DNA from: Spirochaetia bacterium
GTDB taxonomy: Bacteria; Spirochaetota; Spirochaetia; SZUA-6; Bin103
Assembly: GCA_965203055.1 (NCBI GenBank)
Contig: OZ241863.1
Location: 2,880,001 to 2,944,000 of the forward strand
Direction: 5' to 3'
Length of the DNA: 64,000 bases
In this document: piece after piece, positions 48,415 to 59,346 of the stretch
Layout: each line of letters starts with the position of its first letter
Numbering within the stretch: position 1 is the stretch's first letter
Position numbers and translations under genes: made by a program
Notes under the pieces: model-generated
Told to the model about the DNA's origin: nothing
Databases searched by the model: none
The model's input: only the letters and a program-made list of their open reading frames with translations

Positions 48415-49653
48415 GTGATTACATCGATTCGATTGGTCAACTTCAAGAACTTCGTCGCCGAGACGTTGCGGCTCGGACCGTTCAGCATGATCGTCGGCAC
48501 CAACGCCAGCGGCAAGAGCAACATTCGCGACGCGTTTCGCTTCCTGCACGGCATTGGCCGGGGCTATACGCTACCGGAGATAGTTGGCGGGAAATGGGGG
48601 GCAGGAGGCCAGCGGGAATGGCAGCCGATACGGGGCGCAGCTCATGAGGTCGCGCGTCTCGATTCTCGATCTTCGACCTTCTCATTCCATATGGAACTGC
48701 GGCGCGGCGATCAGCCGGTCTCCTACTCGATTGAAATATATTTCGATCCTATCGGTCCCCGCTATGAGGTAGAATACGAGGCGGTCAGGCTGCTTCCACT
48801 CGCGGCGCAGAAGGCACCCATGGACAACTGTTGGCAGACGATCTATGAAACGAAGTCTGCGGACGACTCGCATTGGGTCGATTTGTTCGATGACGGATAC
48901 GAACAGTTTACCCGGGACAAGCCGGCTCTGACTCAGCTTGAGCGCCCGCAGGAATCGGCCGTGCAGAGTGTGTTCCAGGCGCTTGTCGGTATGCGCTTTT
49001 GGGATCTGTCGCCGGAACTGATGCGCTATCCGGCGTATCCCGGTACGCCGTTGGGAGACCGGGGCGAGAACCTGCCGGCGGCGCTGGAGCAGACCTGCGC
49101 CGATCCCGAGCTACGATCGACGCTGGTATCGTGGCTGCAGGAACTGACTCCCATGGACGTGTCCGATCTCGAGTTTCCGCGCGATCCGAGCGGTTACGTG
49201 CACCTCATGCTCTGCGAGAGGAACGGCAGAAAGATTTCTGCCGACAGCGCGTCGGACGGGACGCTGCGCTTCCTCGCGATGCTGGCGGTGCTGCTGGGCA
49301 AGGACCCTCCCGGTCTCTGTTTCTTCGAGGAGATCGATAACGGCATCCATCCGGCGAGACTGAACCTGTTGATGGAGTTGATCGAACGACAGACTGATAA
49401 GCACGGCATTCAGGTGCTCACCACTACCCATGCATCAACCATGCTGACGGTGATGGGTGATGGTACCTTCGCCAACACGTCGGTGGTGTCTCGCCTGGAA
49501 AATAGTGCCGACGCCATCATCCGCCGTGTTGCCGATCTTGACAATGCACCGAAGCTGCGGCATGAACAAGGCGTTGGGCGACTTCATGAATCCGGCTGGT
49601 TGGAGGACGCGTTGTTCTTTACGGAGGGGCCTGACGAGGAGGCCGACGCGTGA
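48415..49653 (+). CDS. ABC-type AAA ATPase (AAA_21)
   Basis: GTNASGKSN, SDGTLR, EEIDNGIHP, TTHA. Confidence 0.85.
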   Translation: MITSIRLVNFKNFVAETLRLGPFSMIVGTNASGKSNIRDAFRFLHGIGRGYTLPEIVGGKWGAGGQREWQPIRGAAHEVARLDSRSSTFSFHMELRRGDQPVSYSIEIYFDPIGPRYEVEYEAVRLLPLAAQKAPMDNCWQTIYETKSADDSHWVDLFDDGYEQFTRDKPALTQLERPQESAVQSVFQALVGMRFWDLSPELMRYPAYPGTPLGDRGENLPAALEQTCADPELRSTLVSWLQELTPMDVSDLEFPRDPSGYVHLMLCERNGRKISADSASDGTLRFLAMLAVLLGKDPPGLCFFEEIDNGIHPARLNLLMELIERQTDKHGIQVLTTTHASTMLTVMGDGTFANTSVVSRLENSADAIIRRVADLDNAPKLRHEQGVGRLHESGWLEDALFFTEGPDEEADA

Positions 49654-50237
49654 GAGTCCTCGTCGTTCCTGAGGACTCGCGTAAGGACAAGTTCATTCTG
49701 AAGCCGCTATTCAAGGCATTGTTTCGATCAATAGGAAAGCCGAAGGCGTATGTCAGCGTATGTGAAGATCCCATACTTGGCAGCGTCGAAGAGGTCTTGA
49801 AGTCAAGTCGTATCGAGCAGGTCATAGCACGTTACCGGATGGTCAGCATATTCATTCTATGTGTCGATCGTGACGGCAAGACAGGAAGGCGTCAGCGGTT
49901 GAATCAGATCGAATCTGAGTTTGGGGATTCCCAAGTAATTCTGGCGGAGAACGCGTGGGAGCAGATCGAAACCTGGGTGCTGGCGGGATTGAAGCTCCCA
50001 GGAGAGTGGCGTTGGACGGATGTCCGTGCGGAAGTTCAGGTCAAAGAACGATATTTCGACCCGTTTGCCTTACAGCGCGGCGTATCAGATCTGCCGGGCG
50101 GAGGCAGAAAGCCGCTCGGAGAGGAGGCGGCGCAGCGGATCACCGCCATCCGGCAGAAGTGTCCTGAAGACTTCGATCACCTTGCGCGTCGGCTTGAGGA
50201 CGCCATGCGCACCGCAAGGAGAGCACCTGCGCCATGA
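49650..50237 (+). CDS. TOPRIM-like (DUF4276/RloB-type) ATPase partner
   Basis: VVPED...CVDRD...IETWVLA; GTGA overlap with the ATPase. Confidence 0.6.
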   Translation: MRVLVVPEDSRKDKFILKPLFKALFRSIGKPKAYVSVCEDPILGSVEEVLKSSRIEQVIARYRMVSIFILCVDRDGKTGRRQRLNQIESEFGDSQVILAENAWEQIETWVLAGLKLPGEWRWTDVRAEVQVKERYFDPFALQRGVSDLPGGGRKPLGEEAAQRITAIRQKCPEDFDHLARRLEDAMRTARRAPAP

Positions 50238-50304
50238 GCGCGCGCGTCTCGTAGAGCGCCGAGCCCCGGCACGCCGCGGTGCCGGCCCAGCGCTCTACGC
50301 ATTC

Positions 50305-51057
50305 CTAGAAATGGTACCCGAACGTGGTGGCGATCCGCTGCAGCGCGCCGGCGACGTGAGCGCGGGACCAGTCGGTGTAGTAATCGCGGTAGCCGCCGCC
50401 GTCCTGCAGCTTGTTCTTGGTGCGGGGCAGCCGCGATCGGGGAAGCTGCAGCAGGCGGCAGACCTCCGCGTAGTCCTGCTGCAGATTCTCGAAGCGGATG
50501 TAATAATCGGCGTAGGGTCGCCCGTCGAGGAAATAGAACGCCTGCTGGTCGGCCAGCAATTCGGCGAACCACGCGCGCTTCAAGATCAACTCGAGGTTCC
50601 GGCGATGGCGGCCGAGCAGGTAGTTGGGCAACGTTCGGCACAGCCGGTAGCGCGACCGCAGGAAGCCGCGCCGCGCGCGGTGAAAGGACGGTTTCTCCGC
50701 CCGCCATTCGACGTCGATCTTCCAGCGGTACAGCGACGCGAACCAGTCCCACGGGTTTCTGACCACGGTGAACTTGAAGTATTCGTCCCAGGCGCCGGGC
50801 GCCACGGTCCGGCGGATCGTTTCCGGCAGGACGTGGCCTTGCGCTCCCCGAACGCGCAGCTCGGGAATGACCTGGGCATTGCGCGCCGCAATCACGAACC
50901 GGTCATCGTCCACCGCCGGCAGGTAGCGGTCCAGAAAGCAGTCCGCGACGACGTCGCCGGGCGCGCACAGCGGTGACAGCGCCGCCAGGATGCTGGTGCC
51001 GCCCACCTTGCGCGGGCGCACGAATATGAACTTGTGACGGTGTGAGATGATGCTCAC
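50305..51057 (-). CDS. Sulfotransferase family 2 protein
   Basis: ISHRHKFIF, RKVGGTS (5'-PSB), VRNPWDWFAS (3'-PB), RFENL. Confidence 0.9.
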   Translation of the reverse strand: MSIISHRHKFIFVRPRKVGGTSILAALSPLCAPGDVVADCFLDRYLPAVDDDRFVIAARNAQVIPELRVRGAQGHVLPETIRRTVAPGAWDEYFKFTVVRNPWDWFASLYRWKIDVEWRAEKPSFHRARRGFLRSRYRLCRTLPNYLLGRHRRNLELILKRAWFAELLADQQAFYFLDGRPYADYYIRFENLQQDYAEVCRLLQLPRSRLPRTKNKLQDGGGYRDYYTDWSRAHVAGALQRIATTFGYHF

Positions 51058-51118
51058 CGCTCTGCTCCCGGCGCGCGGGCTGCCGCCGCCTCGGTCGGGT
51101 ACTATACTATCGGGCGCG

Positions 51119-52549
51119 ATGCAGCCGTTCCATCGGGGGCGCGGTGCGGCGCTCCCCAAGCCGGCGCAGGTCCGCTATAACGACTGGCGGCAGGTGGCGT
51201 TGCCGCCGCCCGCAGAGTTCACCCCCGCGCTGCCGGTCAGCGTGATCATGCCCTGCTATCAGACGCCCCCGGCGGTGCTGGCGCGCACCCTGGCGGCGCT
51301 GGCGGGGCAGACCTGGCCGCGCGACCTGTTCGAGGTGGTGATCGTCGACGACGGCTCCGAGCCGCCGCTGGCCCCGCCCCCGGGAGCGCCGCCGAACGTC
51401 CGGGTGGTGCGCCAGGAACGCCGCGGGTTCGGGATCGCGCGCGCGCGCAACACCGGCGTTCGGGCGGCCACGCACGGCATCATCCTGTTCCTGGACGGCG
51501 ATTCGCTGCCGGAAGCGGGTTGGCTGGCGGCGCACGCCCGCTGGCACCACGCCGTGTCCGACGCGGTGACCGTCGGGTTGCGCGCCAGCGTCGCGATGGA
51601 GGACCTGGAGGCGGAGGCGATCCGGGGCCGGCCCGGCACCCTGCGCGAGCTGTTCGCGGACCGCCCGTTCGACCCGCCCTGGGTCGAACCGTACCTGCGG
51701 CGGACGCGCGATCTGACCACGCGCGCGGACGACCTGTTCCAGTGCGTGGTGGGGGGGAATTTCGGGATCGGCCGGGAGTTCTACCGGGAGGTGGGCGGCA
51801 GCGATGAATCGTTCGTGCGCTGGGGGATCGAGGACAATGAGCTCGCCTATCGAGCCTACACCCGCGGCGGGTTGTTCGTGCCGGTCCGCGCCGCGCTGGT
51901 CTGGCACCAGGGCCGCTGGGCCGAAGGACGGGCCGCGAAGGAGCGCAGCCGCCGCTTGCAGCAGGGCAAGGCGGCCAACCTGATCGCCCATCCCCGCTAC
52001 CGCGGCGCGGCGCGCGGGCGCAGCTATGCGGTGCCCCGCTACGTGGTGACCGTCGAGGCCGGCCGCGGTTCGGTCGAGCAGGCGGCTGCGGTGACCGAGG
52101 CCCTCCTGGCCGACCGCGAGCATGATCTGGTGGTGCGCCTCGAACTCGGCGCGCGCCGCGACCCGGAGCGGCTGGCCCGGCTGCATGAGGCGTTCGCACC
52201 GGACCCGCGGGTGCGCGTCGCGCCGGACCGCTCCGCCCTGGACGAGTTTCCGGCGGCGCCGTTCCATGTGACGCTGCCCGCCACCGTGCTGGCGAAGGAC
52301 CTGGTGACTCGCCTCCGCGCCCGGCTCGGCAGCGCGGCCGTTGCCGCCGCGCTCCTGCCGGACGGCGCGCGGGTGGCGATCGCGCGGGCGTGGGCGCTGC
52401 ATCGGGCGCGGCGTACCGGCGGCGCCCCGGCGGACTTCGGCGACGTCCGTGAGATCGCCCCCGCAAGGCTGCGGCTCGCGGCCGCGGCCCCGCCCGCCGG
52501 CGCCGCCGCGCCCCGCTGGCGCCGCCTGCTCCGACGGGTGCGCGGATGA
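51119..52549 (+). CDS. Glycosyltransferase family 2
   Basis: SVIMP, VDDGS, ARNTG, LDGD, GGSDE..WG.ED.E. Confidence 0.9.
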   Translation: MQPFHRGRGAALPKPAQVRYNDWRQVALPPPAEFTPALPVSVIMPCYQTPPAVLARTLAALAGQTWPRDLFEVVIVDDGSEPPLAPPPGAPPNVRVVRQERRGFGIARARNTGVRAATHGIILFLDGDSLPEAGWLAAHARWHHAVSDAVTVGLRASVAMEDLEAEAIRGRPGTLRELFADRPFDPPWVEPYLRRTRDLTTRADDLFQCVVGGNFGIGREFYREVGGSDESFVRWGIEDNELAYRAYTRGGLFVPVRAALVWHQGRWAEGRAAKERSRRLQQGKAANLIAHPRYRGAARGRSYAVPRYVVTVEAGRGSVEQAAAVTEALLADREHDLVVRLELGARRDPERLARLHEAFAPDPRVRVAPDRSALDEFPAAPFHVTLPATVLAKDLVTRLRARLGSAAVAAALLPDGARVAIARAWALHRARRTGGAPADFGDVREIAPARLRLAAAAPPAGAAAPRWRRLLRRVRG

Positions 52550-54354
52550 GGTACGCCGGCGCTGCCGTGGGGGAGCGGGTGCGAGATCGGCTGCGGTCGT
52601 GGTCGGCCGCCGCCGGCGCCCTGCCCTGGCGCCTCCTGGCGCGGCGCGCCGCGCTGTCCGCGGCCTTGCTGGCCGGCTGGCTGGCGCTCTCCTGGGCGCT
52701 GCGTACGTGGCTCGGGGCGTGGGAGGACGGCGGCGGCGGACTGAGCGGCAAGATCATGCGGTTCTACCTTCGCAACTGGGCGAGCTGGACCTGGCTGGGC
52801 GCCCTCTGGTGCGCGGCGTGGTGGGGCGTCAAGCCGCTGTGGCGGGCGCTGCAGGAGCCGCGCTTCTTCGACCGCGCGGTCGGCGCCGCCACCCCCGGCG
52901 CCCTGGGCGCGATCCGCGCCTGGGTGTGCGCGATATTGCTGATCATGACACTCCGGGAGGACCTGATGAGCGTGGCGCTGCTGCCGCGCGTCATGGTCCG
53001 CCAGCAGGGTCTCATGGCGATTCTGCATCTGCTGCCGATCGGCTTCGACGCGTTTCTTGCCAACGCCACCGCGCTGCGGGCGTTTCAGTATCTCACCGCG
53101 GCGCTGTTGGCGCTCGGCGTGGTCGGGTTGGGTACGCGGGCGGTGGTGCCGGCCGCCGCGGTCTGCTACTTCGTGCTGGGCGGCATCGTGCGCGAGCACT
53201 CGTTCTACTACCACTCGGGGATCGTGCCGTTGTACGCGCTGGCGGTGCTGTCGTTCACGCGTTGCGGCCAGGGGTGGTCGCTGGACCGACTGTGGCGGGC
53301 GGCGCGCGGCAAGGCGCCGGCGGCGGCGGATCGGCCCGGCGCCTATTTCGGCTGGGCGCGGTATGCGGTCTGGACCGTGATCGCCCTGCCGTACGCGGCG
53401 GCCGGGTGCAGCAAGCTCTATTACATGGGTCTGCGCTGGGTGTCGGCGGACAGCGTGCGCTGGATGCTGCTGCGGCCGACGCTGGATCCGCGGCCGTTCG
53501 ACTTCGACTTGGCGCTGCGCATCATGCCGCTGCCCGACGCGCTGTTCGTGCTGTTGGGGATCGTCGCGCTCGGCACCGAACTGGCGTTCGGGCTGGTACT
53601 GGTCTCGCGGCGCGCCCGGGCGCTGCTGCCGGCGGCCACGGTCGGCATCCACGTCGGCATCCTGTTCCTGCAGAACATCTTGTTTCTCGACCTGATGCTG
53701 TTGCTGTGGGTGTTCTACGACTGGAGCCCGCTGGCGCGGCTGGGCCGGCGGCTGGCAGGAAGGGCCGGCGCGGCGGACGGGCCGGAGCCGGTGGCGGACG
53801 CGGCGCCGGTAGCGGAGGCGGCGGCGGAGGAGCCGCGCGCCCGCCCGGCTGCCGGGCGGCTGGCCGCCGCGCGCCCGGCAGCCGCGCACCGGCGGGGCGC
53901 GGCTGCCGCCCTGGCGATCATGCTGTTTCTGGCCTCCTGGTGGGTGACCAAGATCGAGTGGTATCCGCTGACGGCGATGCAGATGTTCACCGCTCACGGC
54001 CGCGGGGAGGCCGGCGTCGTTTCGTACGTGGCGGCGATCGCCCACTACGAGGACGGCAGCCGCGCACCGGCGCCGTTCGGGGAGTGGATCGGGGCGATGC
54101 CGCCGGGCCGCACCCGGCCGGTCCTCCGGCGCACGCTGCAGGACCCCGCGGGGCGGGCGGTGGGACAGCAACTGCTGGACGCCATGATCCGGGCCGCCAA
54201 CGCGACCGGCGCCGGACCGCGCGTGACGAGCGTGGAGCTGCAGCGCCGGCGCTGGGACTTCCGGGCCGACCCGGACGATCCGGGCCGCGGCGTGCTGACG
54301 CACCGCTACGTGCATCCCGCCCCGGCGGCGGAGCGGGGTGATGGCGCCCGCTAG
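52546..54354 (+). CDS. HTTM-like polytopic membrane protein
   Basis: Many TM helices; YYH, WSLD, Y.AAG.SKL, TE, HVGI, WYPLTAMQMF. Confidence 0.65.
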   Translation: MRYAGAAVGERVRDRLRSWSAAAGALPWRLLARRAALSAALLAGWLALSWALRTWLGAWEDGGGGLSGKIMRFYLRNWASWTWLGALWCAAWWGVKPLWRALQEPRFFDRAVGAATPGALGAIRAWVCAILLIMTLREDLMSVALLPRVMVRQQGLMAILHLLPIGFDAFLANATALRAFQYLTAALLALGVVGLGTRAVVPAAAVCYFVLGGIVREHSFYYHSGIVPLYALAVLSFTRCGQGWSLDRLWRAARGKAPAAADRPGAYFGWARYAVWTVIALPYAAAGCSKLYYMGLRWVSADSVRWMLLRPTLDPRPFDFDLALRIMPLPDALFVLLGIVALGTELAFGLVLVSRRARALLPAATVGIHVGILFLQNILFLDLMLLLWVFYDWSPLARLGRRLAGRAGAADGPEPVADAAPVAEAAAEEPRARPAAGRLAAARPAAAHRRGAAAALAIMLFLASWWVTKIEWYPLTAMQMFTAHGRGEAGVVSYVAAIAHYEDGSRAPAPFGEWIGAMPPGRTRPVLRRTLQDPAGRAVGQQLLDAMIRAANATGAGPRVTSVELQRRRWDFRADPDDPGRGVLTHRYVHPAPAAERGDGAR

Positions 54355-56179
54355 TTCGCCGGCGCCCCGGCCGCGCAGCGGGCGGGGGTGGGGGCGGGGG
54401 CGGGGGAACGGGTTGCGCGGCGCCGGGCAGTTGGCGCAGGCGCTCACCGCTGACCGGCCGCGCACCGCGGCGCTGGCCGCGCTGCTGCAGTTGGCGTCGA
54501 ATGCGACCGAAGCGTTCGGCTTCCTCCTGCTCATCCCGCTGCTGCACGCGGCCGGCGTGGGCGCGGCGGAAGACCGGCAGGACCGGATGGCGGAGCTGCT
54601 GGCCGGCGCCGCGGACCTGGTGCAGGCGGAGCTGGCCTTGCCGGCGGCGCTCGCCGTCTTCGTCGCGCTCGCCGCGGTGCGCGCGGCGACCGTCTGGCAA
54701 CGCGACGTGCTGCTCGCCCGGACGCGGCTCGACTTCGTCCATCGCTTCCGCGCCACGCTGCAGGATGCGGTGGCGCGGGCGCAGTGGCGGTTCCTCGCCG
54801 GCCAGCGCCAATCGGACATCCAGCACGTGCTGACCGGCGACGTGTACCGCATCGGCCAGGCGGCCGCGCACCTGGTGAAGGTGACCGTGGCCGGCTTGCT
54901 GGCGGTGACGCAGTTGGCGGTCGCCGTGCTCATCTCGCCGCCGGTCTCGGCCATGGCGCTGGCCGCGGGCGCCCTGTTCCTGCTGCTGACGGCGCCGCTG
55001 CTGCGCCGTTCGCGGCTCCTGGGCGATCAACTGACCGGCGTGAACCGCGTGATCTTCGCCCACGTGCAGGACTTTCTGGCCGGCCTGAAGCTGGCCAAGA
55101 GCTTCACCTCGGAACGGATCCACGTGCGGCGCTTCGCCGCGGCCGTCGATGTCGTGCGCCGCCGGCAACTGGCCACCACCCGGGCGGGCGCGACGGCGCG
55201 GGCGACGCTCAACGTGGGCACCGCCGCGGCGCTGGCGGGAGTGGCCTGGTTCACCGTGGTCGAGGCCGGATTGGCGCTGCCGGAGCTGGCCGTGCTGGCC
55301 GCGGTCTTCGCGCGCGTGATGTTCGCGCTGGTGAACCTGCAGCAGAGCGCGCACGAGCTGGCCAATACGCTGCCCGCCTACCACCACGCCCGGGAGATGC
55401 TGCTCGCGCTGCGGGGCGCCGCGGAAGACGCGGCCGGGCGCGGCTCCGAGCCGCGCATGCCGCTGAACCGGGCGCTGGCGGTGCGCGCCGTCTGCTTCGA
55501 CTACGGGCAGCAGGGCGGCCGCGCGGCGCTGGCCGGCGTGACGCTCGACCTCCCGGCCGGCGAGATCACGGCGATCGCCGGACCGTCGGGCGCCGGCAAG
55601 AGCACGCTGGCCGACGTACTGCTAGGCCTGCTGGAACCGACGAGCGGCGCGGTGCTGGTGGACGGCGCGCCGCTCGTCGGCGCCAATCGACGCCGCTGGC
55701 GGCGCTCCGCCGCGTACGTGCCGCAGGAGCCGTACCTGTTCCACGACACGATCCGCGCCAACCTCGCGTGGTCGCGCCCGGGGGCGACCGACGACGACCT
55801 CTGGCGGGCGTTGCGCGCGGCCGCGGCGGAGGAGTTCGTCCAGGCGCTGCGGCACGGCCTGGACACCGTGGTGGGCGACCGCGGCGGCCGCCTGGCGGGC
55901 GGCGAACGGCAGCGCGTGGCCCTGGCGCGCGCCCTGCTCGCCGCGCCGGCGCTGCTGGTGCTGGACGAAGCGACCAGCCAACTGGACGCACGGACCGAAG
56001 GCCGCGTGGTCGCCGCGCTGCGGGCGTTGCGCGGGCGCATGACGATCGTCGCCGTGGCCCACCGCCCGGCGGTGCTGGCCGCCGCGGACCGGGTGGTGCG
56101 GCTGGACGCCGGCCGCGTGGTGGCGAACCGAACGATGGGAGCGGGGGATGGTCAGCTTGGGGATCGCGCGCTACCATGA
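54341..56179 (+). CDS. ABC exporter, fused TMD-NBD
   Basis: [26 protein letters not shown]. Confidence 0.9.
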   Translation: MAPASSPAPRPRSGRGWGRGRGNGLRGAGQLAQALTADRPRTAALAALLQLASNATEAFGFLLLIPLLHAAGVGAAEDRQDRMAELLAGAADLVQAELALPAALAVFVALAAVRAATVWQRDVLLARTRLDFVHRFRATLQDAVARAQWRFLAGQRQSDIQHVLTGDVYRIGQAAAHLVKVTVAGLLAVTQLAVAVLISPPVSAMALAAGALFLLLTAPLLRRSRLLGDQLTGVNRVIFAHVQDFLAGLKLAKSFTSERIHVRRFAAAVDVVRRRQLATTRAGATARATLNVGTAAALAGVAWFTVVEAGLALPELAVLAAVFARVMFALVNLQQSAHELANTLPAYHHAREMLLALRGAAEDAAGRGSEPRMPLNRALAVRAVCFDYGQQGGRAALAGVTLDLPAGEITAIAGPSGAGKSTLADVLLGLLEPTSGAVLVDGAPLVGANRRRWRRSAAYVPQEPYLFHDTIRANLAWSRPGATDDDLWRALRAAAAEEFVQALRHGLDTVVGDRGGRLAGGERQRVALARALLAAPALLVLDEATSQLDARTEGRVVAALRALRGRMTIVAVAHRPAVLAAADRVVRLDAGRVVANRTMGAGDGQLGDRALP

Positions 56180-56211
56180 TCGACGGGCGGACACGCCGCC
56201 GGAGGGAAGAC

Positions 56212-58407
56212 TTGGGTAGAGCATCGTTGGTATCGCTGTTGCTGGCCGCCGGCATCGCCGCGCTGATGGCCTGTTCCCAGGCGGCGCGCCCGGCCGCCGC
56301 GCCCGCCGACCCGGCCCAGGGGGGGGGGGGTAAGCCGCCGAGCGAGCCGCCGCCAACCCCGCAGCCGGCAGAGCCGGCAGAGAAGCGCTGGAGGATCGGC
56401 GCGGCTGACTTTGGCGATGATGAACTGAACCTGGCGGGCGCAGTGTCCAACCGTTCCGCGCCGTATGCCTGGGAGCGGGTCACCGCCCGCAACGTGCGCG
56501 TTTCGATCGGCGGACACGAGCTGCCGTTCACGAGCACGAGCGCCAAGCCGGTCTTCGCGTCCGACATCTCCGGCGCGGAGTGGACGGTTGCCGCCGAGGT
56601 GCGGGCGGGGGAAGTGGTGCTGGTGCTCACCGCCCCCGATCAGTCGGGCGCCGGCGACACGGTTGCGTCGGTCACGATCACCAACCCGGGGAGCGGCTAC
56701 ACGACAGACCCGACCGTGACCTTTTCGGCGCCGCCGTCCGGCGGCGCCACCGCAACCGGCACCGCGACGGGGTCCCGGTACGTCGACTCCGTGACGATTA
56801 CGACCGCCGGGAGCGGCTACACCTCGGTTCCCACCGTGACCTTTTCGGCCCCGCCGTCCGGCGGCACGGCAACCGGCGCCGCGGTGGGGTCCGGTACCGT
56901 CGATTCCGTGACGGTGGGAACCGCCGGGAGCGGCTACACCTCCGTTCCCAGCGTGACGTTCGGGGCGGCGCCGTCCGGCGGCACCACGGCCGCCGGCGCC
57001 GCGGTGGGGTCCGGGTACGTCGATTCCGTGACGGTCGGAACCGCCGGGAGCGGCTATACGGCGGACCCTGCGGTGACGTTTTCGGGCGGAGGAAGCGGCG
57101 GCGGTGCGGCCGCCTCCGCGGTGCGGCAATCCGGCGTAGCGTCAGTGACGATCACGGACCGGGGGAATACCTATACCTCTGACCCCAGCGTGACGTTTGG
57201 GGCGCCGCCGCCCGGCGGCACTACGGCGACCGGCACCGCAACGCGGAGATCCGAAGTTATCATTGTGCAGATGTCGAACTTGGGGAGCGGTTACACGTCT
57301 GTCCCAACCGTTACCTTTGGCGCGCCGCCGTCCGGTGGCACCCGGGCAACCGGCACAGTGGTGATAAGTGGCGGTCAAGTGTCTTCCGTAACCGTCACGA
57401 ACGGGGGGAGCGGCTACACCTCCACCCCTTCCGTCACGTTTTCGGGAGGAGGGGGCAGTGGTGCGGCCGGCACCGCGGTGAGAAGCGGCGGTCAAGTGTC
57501 TTCCGTAACCGTCACGAACGGGGGGAGCGGCTACACCTCGGCCCCTTCCGTCACGTTTTCGGGAGGAGGGGGCAGCGGTGCGGCCGGCACCGCGGTGATA
57601 AGTGGCGGTCCGGTGAGTTCCGTAACCGTCACGAACGGAGGGAGCGGCTACGCCTCGGCCCCTTCCGTCACGTTTTCGGGAGGAGGGGGCAGCGGTGCGG
57701 CCGGCACCGCGACTCTGGGAAGAACCAGAATAGAGGCCGTGACGATCACGACCCCGGGGAGCGGCTACACCTCCGCCCCTTCCGTGACGTTTTCGGCCGC
57801 GACGGTCACGCGGTTCACGGCGACCGGAACCGCGGTGCTGGAAAGCGGCGTGGCGTCGGTGACGGTCACGAACCGGGGGAGCGGCTACACCTCCGTCCCG
57901 ACCGTGACCTTCGGAGCAGCGCCGGGCGGCGGCACCACCGCAACCGGCACCGCGGCGCTGCGCTACGGCGTAGCGTCGGTGACCGTGACGAACGGCGGGA
58001 GCGGCTACACCTCGCCCCCGACCGTGACCTTCGCGGCAGCGCCGAGCGGCGGCGCCACGGCCGCCGGTACCGCGGACATGCGCTACGGCGTAGCGTCGGT
58101 GACCGTCATGAACGGAGGGAGCGGCTACGCCTCCGCCCCCACCGTGACCTTCGCGGCGGCGCCGAGTGGCGGCACCACGGCCGCCGGCACCGCGGTGCTG
58201 CGAACCGGCGTAACGTCGGTGACGGTCACCAACGGTGGGAGCGGTTACACCGCTGCCCCAACCGTGACCTTTGCGGCGCCGGCCAGTGGCACCACCGCGA
58301 CCGGCACGGCCAAGCTGGCGGAGGGCGGCTACGATCAATACCAGAACCTGTATTGGGCGCGCCAGACGCTGGCCGGCAAGCAGCTTCTGGTCGAGCTGGC
58401 GGACTAG
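56212..58407 (+). CDS. Lipoprotein with 14 SVTxTxxGSGYTxxPxVTF beta-repeats, copy 1
   Basis: GGAGG RBS plus TTG, conserved in both copies; LMAC lipobox; about 39-aa repeats at 56659-58320. Alternative ATG at 56176. Confidence 0.8.
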   Translation: MGRASLVSLLLAAGIAALMACSQAARPAAAPADPAQGGGGKPPSEPPPTPQPAEPAEKRWRIGAADFGDDELNLAGAVSNRSAPYAWERVTARNVRVSIGGHELPFTSTSAKPVFASDISGAEWTVAAEVRAGEVVLVLTAPDQSGAGDTVASVTITNPGSGYTTDPTVTFSAPPSGGATATGTATGSRYVDSVTITTAGSGYTSVPTVTFSAPPSGGTATGAAVGSGTVDSVTVGTAGSGYTSVPSVTFGAAPSGGTTAAGAAVGSGYVDSVTVGTAGSGYTADPAVTFSGGGSGGGAAASAVRQSGVASVTITDRGNTYTSDPSVTFGAPPPGGTTATGTATRRSEVIIVQMSNLGSGYTSVPTVTFGAPPSGGTRATGTVVISGGQVSSVTVTNGGSGYTSTPSVTFSGGGGSGAAGTAVRSGGQVSSVTVTNGGSGYTSAPSVTFSGGGGSGAAGTAVISGGPVSSVTVTNGGSGYASAPSVTFSGGGGSGAAGTATLGRTRIEAVTITTPGSGYTSAPSVTFSAATVTRFTATGTAVLESGVASVTVTNRGSGYTSVPTVTFGAAPGGGTTATGTAALRYGVASVTVTNGGSGYTSPPTVTFAAAPSGGATAAGTADMRYGVASVTVMNGGSGYASAPTVTFAAAPSGGTTAAGTAVLRTGVTSVTVTNGGSGYTAAPTVTFAAPASGTTATGTAKLAEGGYDQYQNLYWARQTLAGKQLLVELAD
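56319..56330 (+). repeat. G12 homopolymer in the 5' coding region
   Basis: CA-G12-TAAG. Confidence 0.9.
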
Positions 58408-58513
58408 GACACGGCTGCTGACCGGGAGCTTCCATCAGCCTGGGTAGCAGGCGACTCCTGCCGGCGGCGCTCACGCCGCCCGACCGGCGGAGCAACGGCA
58501 AGTGGCATCCTCC

Positions 58514-58609
58514 ATGACGACCACGTTGAACATCTCCGCGGAAGCGATGGCGCGCGTGCGCCAACTCGCGCTAAGCCGCCGACCTCGGCTTGGTGAACTC
58601 GCTCCGTGA
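58514..58609 (+). pseudogene. Possible ribbon-helix-helix antitoxin remnant
   Basis: MTTTLNISAEAMARVRQLA..., 31 aa. Confidence 0.35.
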
Positions 58610-58637
58610 CGCCGATTTTGGAAATGCGCCCCATGGT

Positions 58638-58666
58638 TTGACGATTTGCGACATTCGGTGTAATGT
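58638..58666 (+). promoter_or_regulatory. Promoter with overlapping inverted repeat (candidate TA operator)
   Basis: TTGACG-17 bp-TAATGT; ACATT-n6-AATGT. Confidence 0.45.
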
Positions 58667-58681
58667 AGTCGAGACTGGAGG

Positions 58682-58966
58682 ATGAATTGTCCCCCAGGAA
58701 AACGGATTTCCGTCGATTTCAAGATCACGGCTCAGGCAGGTGTATGGTACGACGAGGAGGCAGGGCAGTACGTATCGGCGTGTCCTGCGCTTGATCTGTA
58801 TTCTCAAGGTGATACCGAAGATCAAGCGATCTCCAACATACAGGAGGCAGTCATCCTGTTCCTGGAGACCTGCTACGAGCTCGGCACCCTCAACCAGGTT
58901 CTGCAGGAACGAGGCTTCCGTCGAGAAGGTCAGGCTGACCGGTCTACCATTCCGCTTACAGCATAA
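58682..58966 (+). CDS. HicB-like antitoxin
   Basis: GGAGG RBS; YVSACPALDLYSQGDTEDQAISNIQEAV. Confidence 0.8.
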   Translation: MNCPPGKRISVDFKITAQAGVWYDEEAGQYVSACPALDLYSQGDTEDQAISNIQEAVILFLETCYELGTLNQVLQERGFRREGQADRSTIPLTA

Positions 58967-59009
58967 ACGTTGAAGAGCCGGTCGAAATGCCGTAGTTGCC
59001 CCTTCCTAT

Positions 59010-59072
59010 AGCAACCTTCGTACGGCCGAAATGTCCAGGGACAGATACCTGCAACTCTTCATGAAGCTGTAG
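59010..59072 (+). pseudogene. C-terminal remnant of a HicA-like toxin
   Basis: SNLRTAEMSRDRYLQLFMKL*, with no N-terminus. Confidence 0.45.
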
Positions 59073-59346
59073 TGAGCGAACGATGCAGACCCCGATGGCG
59101 CCCGGCACCGAAACCCGGAATCAGCGGCCGCCGAAAGCCAGTAGACCCTGCGCGCGAAGTGGGCTCCGACGTAGGCAAGGTGCGGCGCGCCGCGCCGGCC
59201 AGAGGCGCCGAGCAAACTTCGGCGCCGAAGACGCAGGCGGCCTCGTCTCGCGGCGCTGCCCCGGCAGCGAAGCAGGAGGCCAGCGCGGATGATGGACGCA
59301 AGGCTTGACGCCGGCGTAGCGAGAGGCTACGGTCGCCATCGGGTTC

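Noticed and set aside
51751..51757. G7 tract in GT2 (also G-runs near 48171-48186)
   Set aside because: Short runs are expected at this GC content; too weak to call phase variation.
54784..56175. 1207-aa ORF as a single protein
   Set aside because: Its first ~460 codons are an off-frame overlap of the ABC exporter. The paralogue and lipobox put the real start near 56212.
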